Origin: Synechococcus sp. PROS-7-1
Lineage (GTDB): Bacteria; Cyanobacteriota; Cyanobacteriia; PCC-6307; Cyanobiaceae
DNA: 24,000 nucleotides
Assembly: GCF_014279795.1 (NCBI RefSeq)
Contig: NZ_CP047945.1
Location: 306,572-330,571 of the forward strand
Direction of reading: 5' to 3'
The notes beneath the pieces are model-generated. The model worked only from the letters and a program-made list of their open reading frames with translations, ran no database searches and was not told the origin of the DNA. Of this stretch, positions 17,998 to 24,000 are shown piece after piece; the first letter of the stretch is position 1; each line of letters opens with the position of its first letter. The position numbers were made by a program, and so were the translations under genes.

Positions 17998-20181
17998 TCA
18001 AGTCACGGAATTGATGGCCTCCATGGCCACGGCTGCGATTGCCTGATCACTGGCTTTCGGCAGCTGCACATATTTCCCCCCAGCCGCTTCTGCCAGATCC
18101 TTGCCCATGCCGCTGCCGATGAATTTGCGTTCGGTGTCGATCACCAGCAGCTTGAGACCAAGCATCCGGTAGCGGCTGGCCACATCGAGCACTTCCTGCT
18201 TGAGATCGGGCTTCTCTTCACCTTCAAGCTCCGGCTGGCCCAGGGATGTGCTGAGGGGAACGTTGCCGCGCCCGTCCGTGATGGCGACCACCACCACCTG
18301 CCCTAGATCGCCTGTGGCTAGGGCATTGGCACCGACGCGGGCCGCCTGGGTGAGGCCATGGGCCAGCGGTGAACCACCGCCGCAGGGCATGGATTCCAGC
18401 CGCCGGCGGGCGGCCGTGATCGAGCGGGTGGGTGGCAACAGCACCTCCGCCTGATCGCCGCGAAAGGGAATCAGCGCCACTTCATCGCGGTTTTCATAGG
18501 CTTCCGTGAGCAGACGGATCACGGCACCTTTGGCGCTCTGCATCCTGTTCAGAGCCATGGATCCACTGGCATCCACCAGGAAAATCACCAGGGCTCCTGC
18601 TTGTCGCTGCAGCAGCTTGGCGCGCAGATCCGCCTCTTCCACAATCACGGTGCGATCCGGTTGGCGTGCCCGCCGGGCTTTTTGGTACGGCGCGGCTGCT
18701 CGGAGCGTGGCATCGACGGCGATGCGCCGGACGGGACCGCGGGGGAGCATCGGCTTCACGTAACGGCCACGGCTGTCACTGAGCACCACGGAACGGCTGC
18801 CACTGTTGCCGCTTTTGCTTTTGGCGGCATTGAACAACAGCAGGTCGGGATCGATTGCCACCGCCTCGGGATCCAGCATGAACTCCTCTGGTACCGATGG
18901 CGGTGCCTCGTCCTGCTCCGAGTCCTCATCGTCGTCGCTGTTGTCGTCATCGTTGTCGCTGTCGTCGCTGCTGTCGTCTGGCGGATCGTTGTCATCCTCA
19001 GCGGACCCCTCGGGTGGGGGAGGCGTTTCGTCGTTGTTCTGCTCACCGGAGTCCGGTGGCGGCGGGGACTGATCCTCCGGTTGCTCGGGCGGTGGCGGTG
19101 GCTCCATCTGCTGATCCGGTGGTGGTAGCTGGGAGGCCCGTGGCGCAATCACCAGGGCTACGGCCACCTGCAAGTCGTCGGCGTCGACTTGATCGCGGCC
19201 ACTGAGGGCCGCATGGGCCTTGGCCACGCGCACGGCATACAACTCGGAGCGATGGCCTTCGACCCCACCGCGGATGGCTTCTGTGACCAGGTATTCGATC
19301 TGCTCGCGGCTGATTTGCACATCCGGGAGCCATTGCCGTGCCAGCAGTAGCTGGGTGGCCAGGGCATCGGTGTCCTCCTTCCAGCGCTCCGCGAAGCTGC
19401 GGCTGCACTGTCCATGGCTGAGCACCGCGTTGGTGATCTCAACCCGCTGCTCAGTGTTGACGAGTTGATTGGCAGAGAGTGCAATCGCGAAGCGATCGAG
19501 CAGATGGTCGCGGACGTTGCCTTCCTCTGGGTTGTAGGTGGCAATCAACAGGGGCCGGCAGGGGTGGCTGAGGCTCAGACCCTCGCGTTCCACCTGGTTC
19601 TCGCCGGCTCCCACGGCGGCCAACAGCAGATTGACGATGCCGTCATCCAACAGGTTGAGCTCGTCCACATACAGCACACCCCGATGGGCCTCGGCCAGGA
19701 GGCCAGGTTGAAACACAGGGCTGCCACTGCTGAGGGAGGCGGTGACATCGACGGCACCCACGAGGCGGTCTTCCGTGATGCCGAGGGGCACCTGCACGAA
19801 AGGAGCCGGAATGACCCGTGCCGGTGGTTCAGCGCTCAGCTGCTCCCGGCTCGCTGCATCCCATTCCTCAGGGCGAGTGGGATCGAGGTTGCGCCCTGGG
19901 CCTGAGGGAACACCTGCCGCCTCTGGATCCAAGACTTCGATCGGAGGCAGAAGCGCATGCAGTCCCCGCGCCAGCACGGACTTGCCGGTGCCGCGTCCCC
20001 CGGCGATGATCACTCCGCCCAATCCCGGGTCGACGGCTGCCAGCATTAACGCCAGTTTGAGCGTGCCGTGGCCTGTGATCGCAGCCAAGGGGAACGCGCG
20101 GTTCGCCTGGTCCTGAGCGGCCGTGCTTCTCACTCCATCGGCAACCCCTCCACCTGAAACCATGAACGTTGTCCGACCCAT
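17998..20181 (-). CDS. chlD: Magnesium chelatase subunit D
   Basis: An AAA+ N-terminal domain ([17 protein letters not shown]...[22 protein letters not shown]), a Pro/acidic linker, and a C-terminal vWA domain with MIDAS (FLVDASGSM). An alternative ATG lies at 20163. Confidence 0.95.
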   Translation of the reverse strand: MGRTTFMVSGGGVADGVRSTAAQDQANRAFPLAAITGHGTLKLALMLAAVDPGLGGVIIAGGRGTGKSVLARGLHALLPPIEVLDPEAAGVPSGPGRNLDPTRPEEWDAASREQLSAEPPARVIPAPFVQVPLGITEDRLVGAVDVTASLSSGSPVFQPGLLAEAHRGVLYVDELNLLDDGIVNLLLAAVGAGENQVEREGLSLSHPCRPLLIATYNPEEGNVRDHLLDRFAIALSANQLVNTEQRVEITNAVLSHGQCSRSFAERWKEDTDALATQLLLARQWLPDVQISREQIEYLVTEAIRGGVEGHRSELYAVRVAKAHAALSGRDQVDADDLQVAVALVIAPRASQLPPPDQQMEPPPPPEQPEDQSPPPPDSGEQNNDETPPPPEGSAEDDNDPPDDSSDDSDNDDDNSDDDEDSEQDEAPPSVPEEFMLDPEAVAIDPDLLLFNAAKSKSGNSGSRSVVLSDSRGRYVKPMLPRGPVRRIAVDATLRAAAPYQKARRARQPDRTVIVEEADLRAKLLQRQAGALVIFLVDASGSMALNRMQSAKGAVIRLLTEAYENRDEVALIPFRGDQAEVLLPPTRSITAARRRLESMPCGGGSPLAHGLTQAARVGANALATGDLGQVVVVAITDGRGNVPLSTSLGQPELEGEEKPDLKQEVLDVASRYRMLGLKLLVIDTERKFIGSGMGKDLAEAAGGKYVQLPKASDQAIAAVAMEAINSVT

Positions 20182-20184
20182 CGC

Positions 20185-20697
20185 GTGAGCGCCAGTCTCG
20201 CTGATCAGCCCAACGATCTGGCCGTGGCCCTTGGCGGCAATCGTCCAGGCCCTACCGGTGATCCTCGCCGCACCCTGATCGCTGTTCGCCCCAGGCTCGA
20301 GCAGCTGTTGCTGCGCTGGTCTGAACCTGGTGATGCCTCAGGACTGGTGTGCTCCTGGTCGCCTTTGCTGATGACCGACCCCGTGGGCGGACCCAGCGGT
20401 CAGCCCATGTATTGCAACGCGGTGGTGCTCCTCAGGGGCGTCCAGCGCGCCTGCAATGCCCGCGATGCTTTGCAGCTACTGGATCAGTTGCATGACCTAG
20501 AGCGTGCGTTTGGCCGTGATCGTGCCCGCGAACAGCGCTGGGGACCGCGCACCCTGGATCTTGATCTGCTGTTCTGGGGCGCCTGGCGCCTGGACCATCC
20601 GCGTCTGGTGCTTCCCCACCCTCGCCTGCATCTGCGGCCTTTTGTGATGGAGCCTTTGCTGGCCGCCATGGGGGAATCCGTGAACTGGACTGCATGA
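20185..20697 (+). CDS. folK: 2-amino-4-hydroxy-6-hydroxymethyldihydropteridine pyrophosphokinase (HPPK)
   Basis: AVALGGN...[15 protein letters not shown] and [18 protein letters not shown]. The start is a GTG at 20185. Confidence 0.88.
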   Translation: MSASLADQPNDLAVALGGNRPGPTGDPRRTLIAVRPRLEQLLLRWSEPGDASGLVCSWSPLLMTDPVGGPSGQPMYCNAVVLLRGVQRACNARDALQLLDQLHDLERAFGRDRAREQRWGPRTLDLDLLFWGAWRLDHPRLVLPHPRLHLRPFVMEPLLAAMGESVNWTA

Positions 20698-20746
20698 GAG
20701 TCCCTGGATTCATGCGCCATGCTGGGGCACCCTGAGCCCCTGCTCC

Positions 20747-21307
20747 ATGGCACCGCTGCCAGCCCCCGAGCCCTTCGAGCTGCTGGAAACCATCGAGGTG
20801 ATGCAGGCACGCAAGATCCGCTTCGAGCGCAATCGCATCAAGCTGCCCCTGGGCGTGGAGGGCACCTTTGGACTGATCCGGCATCCGGGCGCATCCCTGG
20901 CGGTGCCGATCACCGATGCGGGCCGGGTGGTGCTGCTGCGTCAATACCGTTTCGCCGTTCAGGCCCGCCTGCTCGAATTCCCCGCTGGCACCCTCGAGGA
21001 TGGGGAGGATCCCCTGGAGTCGATGCAGCGCGAACTCGGAGAGGAAGCCGGTTACAGCGCTGCCGTTTGGGATTCCCTGGGTCCAATGTTGCCTTGCCCA
21101 GGCTATTCCGATGAGGTCATTCACTGTTTTCTGGCCCGGCAGCTCACCCCATTGGCGAACCCACCGGCCGGGGATGAAGATGAGGACCTTGAGGTGTTGG
21201 AGATGACCCCGGCTGAGCTCGACGCTGCCCTGGCCTCCGGTGAGGAATGGCTTGATGGCAAGAGTGTCACGGCCTGGTTCCGTGCCAAGCAACGTCTGGG
21301 TCTGTGA
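20747..21307 (+). CDS. NUDIX hydrolase (ADP-ribose pyrophosphatase-like)
   Basis: The Nudix box GTLEDGEDPLESMQRELGEEAGY fits GX5EX7REUXEEXGU. Confidence 0.85.
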   Translation: MAPLPAPEPFELLETIEVMQARKIRFERNRIKLPLGVEGTFGLIRHPGASLAVPITDAGRVVLLRQYRFAVQARLLEFPAGTLEDGEDPLESMQRELGEEAGYSAAVWDSLGPMLPCPGYSDEVIHCFLARQLTPLANPPAGDEDEDLEVLEMTPAELDAALASGEEWLDGKSVTAWFRAKQRLGL

Positions 21308-22785
21308 TGGCGTCTGCACGCACCCTCTTCTGGCATCGGCGTGACCTGCGGCTGGCGGACAACACTGGTCTTCAGGCTGCTGCGGCTCTCGGTCCGGCGG
21401 TGACCGGGGTTTATGTCCTCGACCCGGCGATCATCACGCCACCTCCGCAGTTGCCGCCCATGGCCCCAGCGCGGCTGTGGTTCCTGGTGGAGAGCCTGGT
21501 CGAACTTCAGGATCGCTGGCGTGAGGCGGGAAGTCGCCTGCTGGTGTTGCAGGGGGATCCGCTCACGTTGCTTCCGCAGCTCGCTGCGCTCCTGGACAGT
21601 TCCACCGTGGTGTGGAGCCGGGATGTGGAGCCCTACGCCCGCGAACGTGATCGCGGCGTGGCGAAGGCTCTGCAGGCCGATGGACGCCAAGTGCTTGTGG
21701 ATTGGGATCAGCTGTTGGTGGCTCCGGAGCTGCTGAAAACCGGCAACGGTGATCCCTATCGCGTGTATGGCCCCTTTCTGCGCAACTGGCGTGGGCAGGT
21801 GGAACGCCTGCGTCCCAGCACTGTGGCTGACCCCACAGACCTCCAGGATCTGACAGCGGAACAGCAGCAGGCGATCAGCTCCACGGAGACGGCGCTTGGC
21901 CGTCTTTGGGCAGATGGGCAGCAGGCTTTGCAGCGTCTGCAAACGGAGCATGGATTCGCCGGTATGAATCTCTGCCCTTGCCGTCCAGGTGAAGCGGCCG
22001 CTGCCGACCAGTTGGCTGTCTTCGCGGATGGTCCGCTTCTGGGTTACGAGCCCGATCGCAATTTCCCCGGCACCGCTGGTACCTCCGGCCTGAGTGCTGC
22101 ACTCAGTGTGGGCACGGTGAGTCCGAGGCAGGCCTGGTGCGCGGCTCAAGCCGCAAAGGATCTGGCCCGTAGTGATGAACAGCGTCAGGCCATCGCCGTG
22201 TGGGAACAGGAGCTGGCCTGGCGTGAGTTCTACCAGCAGGCCCTGTTCCATTTCCCAGAGCTGGCTGATGGTCCTTACAGGGAACAGTGGCGCCGATTCC
22301 CTTGGGAAAACAACGAGGACTGGTTCGACTTTTGGAAGGACGGTCAGACCGGGATGCCGATCATCGACGCGGCCATGCGCCAGCTCCAGCAGAGCGGCTG
22401 GATGCACAACCGCTGTCGCATGATCGTGGCCTCATTCCTGGTGAAGGACCTGATCTGTGACTGGCGCTGGGGTGAGAGGGCCTTCATGGAGCTTGAAGTG
22501 GATGGCGATCTGGCCGCCAACAACGGCGGCTGGCAGTGGAGTGCCAGCAGCGGCATGGATCCCAAGCCCCTGCGCATCTTCAATCCCGCCACCCAAGCGT
22601 CCAAATTCGATGCCGATGGGGACTACATCCGTCGCTGGGTTCCCGAGCTGCGGCATGTGTGCACCAAGGATCTGCTTAGTGGTGAGATCGGTGCTCTGGA
22701 GCGCAGGGGGTACCCGGAACCACTCGTGAATCACAAGATTCAGCAGGCCAAATTCAAAGCGCTCTACGCCACGATCAAAGTCTGA
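21307..22785 (+). CDS. phr: Deoxyribodipyrimidine (CPD) photolyase, class I
   Basis: LFWHRRDLRLADNTGL, TSGLSAALSVGTVSPRQ, WREFY and GWMHNRCRMIVASFLVKDL. The ATG at 21307 overlaps the NUDIX stop (TGATG). Confidence 0.93.
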   Translation: MASARTLFWHRRDLRLADNTGLQAAAALGPAVTGVYVLDPAIITPPPQLPPMAPARLWFLVESLVELQDRWREAGSRLLVLQGDPLTLLPQLAALLDSSTVVWSRDVEPYARERDRGVAKALQADGRQVLVDWDQLLVAPELLKTGNGDPYRVYGPFLRNWRGQVERLRPSTVADPTDLQDLTAEQQQAISSTETALGRLWADGQQALQRLQTEHGFAGMNLCPCRPGEAAAADQLAVFADGPLLGYEPDRNFPGTAGTSGLSAALSVGTVSPRQAWCAAQAAKDLARSDEQRQAIAVWEQELAWREFYQQALFHFPELADGPYREQWRRFPWENNEDWFDFWKDGQTGMPIIDAAMRQLQQSGWMHNRCRMIVASFLVKDLICDWRWGERAFMELEVDGDLAANNGGWQWSASSGMDPKPLRIFNPATQASKFDADGDYIRRWVPELRHVCTKDLLSGEIGALERRGYPEPLVNHKIQQAKFKALYATIKV

Positions 22786-22789
22786 AGCA

Positions 22790-24000
22790 TCAGGCTGCAA
22801 CGTCGCAGGACTGGTCGGCTTTGAAGTCGCGCTGATTCAGCAAGCTTTTGAGTACGGTGATCACTCGGTCTTGTTGTTCCAGACTGAGTTCGGGAAAAAT
22901 CGGCAGGCTGAGCACCTCACTGCAGAGTTGTTCAGTGATCGGTAGAGACCCAGGCGCCAGATTTAGATCGCCGTAAGCCGGTTGGCGATGAATGGGGATC
23001 GGGTAGTAGATGATCGTGTTTACGCCCTGTTGCTGAAGACTTTGCTTCAGCCAGTCGCGGCAGCGGCTGTCGGGAAGTCCATGCTCACTGCAGGCCGCCG
23101 GGCAGCTGCCGCTGCAGAGTTCCTGCCCGCTCGCGCAGCGATGAACGCGGATCACGAACTGATTCCAGCCATGGCCTCCGTGGGCGTCTGGCTCCGGAAG
23201 CTGCAAACCAGGAAGATTTTGAAGGGCTTCGCTGTAGCGGGCTGCAATGGCACCGCGGCGCTTCACCCACTGATTGAGATGGGGCAATTTCACATTGAGC
23301 ACAGCCGCCTGCAGGGCATCGAGCCGGCTGTTGTAACCGAGCTCGGTGTGCAGATAACGGCGTGGCATGCCGTGAACGGCCAGTTCGCGCATCCGCTGAG
23401 CCAGTTCAGGGCTATGACAACAAACGGCTCCGCCGTCGCCGGCTGCACCGAGATTCTTTGTGGGGAAAAAACTGAAGCAACCCACGTCCCCCCAACTGCC
23501 CACGCCCCGTCCGGCCCAATGGGCACCGGTGGCCTGAGCGCAGTCTTCGACCACCTGCAAGCCATGGCGTTCAGCGATGGCCATCAGCCGTGTCATGTCC
23601 ACGGGCCTGCCGAACAAATGCACTGGAAGCAGCGCACGGGTTCTGGGGGTGATCGCCGCCTCGATGCGGTTGAGGTCGATCAGATAGGTCGCGGGGTCGA
23701 CGTCCACGAACACCGGCGTGGCGCCTACGGCACTAATCGCTTCCGCCGTGGCAAAAAAACTGAAGGATGCGGTGATCACTTCATCGCCGCTGCCGATCCC
23801 CAGGCCTCGCAAGGCCAAGACAAGGGCATCCGTACCGCTGTTGCAGCCCACGGCATGGGCAGTCCCCACGGCCTCTGCGAAGGAGCGCTCGAACGCCTGG
23901 ATCTCGGAGCCGCCGATGTACTGACCGCTGTGCAGCACCCGAAGCGCTGCGGCATCGAGTTCCTGCCCGAGATCCGCGAGCTGTTGGCTGAGACTGAAGG
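22790..24000 (-). CDS. DegT/DnrJ/EryC1/StrS-family PLP-dependent sugar aminotransferase (5' end beyond the window)
   Basis: CNSGTDALVLAL and FSFFPTKNLGAAGDGG (PLP-binding Lys). The frame stays open upstream of the listed Met to the window edge (...FSLSQQLADLGQELDAAALRVLHSGQYIGG), so the N-terminus is cut off. Confidence 0.9.
   Translation of the reverse strand, partial: FSLSQQLADLGQELDAAALRVLHSGQYIGGSEIQAFERSFAEAVGTAHAVGCNSGTDALVLALRGLGIGSGDEVITASFSFFATAEAISAVGATPVFVDVDPATYLIDLNRIEAAITPRTRALLPVHLFGRPVDMTRLMAIAERHGLQVVEDCAQATGAHWAGRGVGSWGDVGCFSFFPTKNLGAAGDGGAVCCHSPELAQRMRELAVHGMPRRYLHTELGYNSRLDALQAAVLNVKLPHLNQWVKRRGAIAARYSEALQNLPGLQLPEPDAHGGHGWNQFVIRVHRCASGQELCSGSCPAACSEHGLPDSRCRDWLKQSLQQQGVNTIIYYPIPIHRQPAYGDLNLAPGSLPITEQLCSEVLSLPIFPELSLEQQDRVITVLKSLLNQRDFKADQSCDVAA

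Noticed and set aside
18880-19135. Repetitive GTC/GTT/GCT-rich DNA that looks like a tandem or low-complexity repeat
   Set aside because: On the minus strand it encodes the Pro-rich/acidic linker ([24 protein letters not shown]...[24 protein letters not shown]) between the AAA+ and vWA domains. This linker is a known feature of ChlD, not a separate element.

Overview
This is a GC-rich chromosomal segment that looks like a marine picocyanobacterium, probably Synechococcus. That call is an inference from gene content and synteny: rubA-ycf48-psbEFLJ lies next to a divergent ndhCKJ, and PsbJ has a long N-terminus. Most of the window is core genome. It carries a CapD-like sugar dehydratase, hisS, ugd plus a UDP-glucuronate epimerase, the psbEFLJ/ycf48/rubA cluster, ndhCKJ, a YvcK/CofD-like gene, a MlaF/MlaD-type ABC pair, chlD, folK, a NUDIX hydrolase, a CPD photolyase and a DegT-type aminotransferase that runs off the 3' edge. 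psbF and psbL were absent from the ORF track and I translated them by hand. The only accessory-looking part is about 4.2 kb (1940-6221) between the CapD-like gene and hisS. It holds a vapBC pair with a tandem-palindrome operator. It also holds a plus-strand cluster of a cytosolic T7-lysozyme/AmpD-like amidase with an unassigned C-terminal domain, a HEPN gene, an MNT gene and a DUF218 gene. Finally it holds an HI0074-type HEPN-like gene whose partner nucleotidyltransferase is visibly broken: an internal deletion removes the catalytic DxD segment and shifts the frame. I saw no tRNA, rRNA, CRISPR array, transposase or integrase. I cannot show that the islet is one new system. It reads as a small nest of RNase-type toxin-antitoxin modules around cell-wall-related genes, with a few oddities worth checking. 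No searches or computations were run; every call rests on reading motifs in the supplied translations and sequence.
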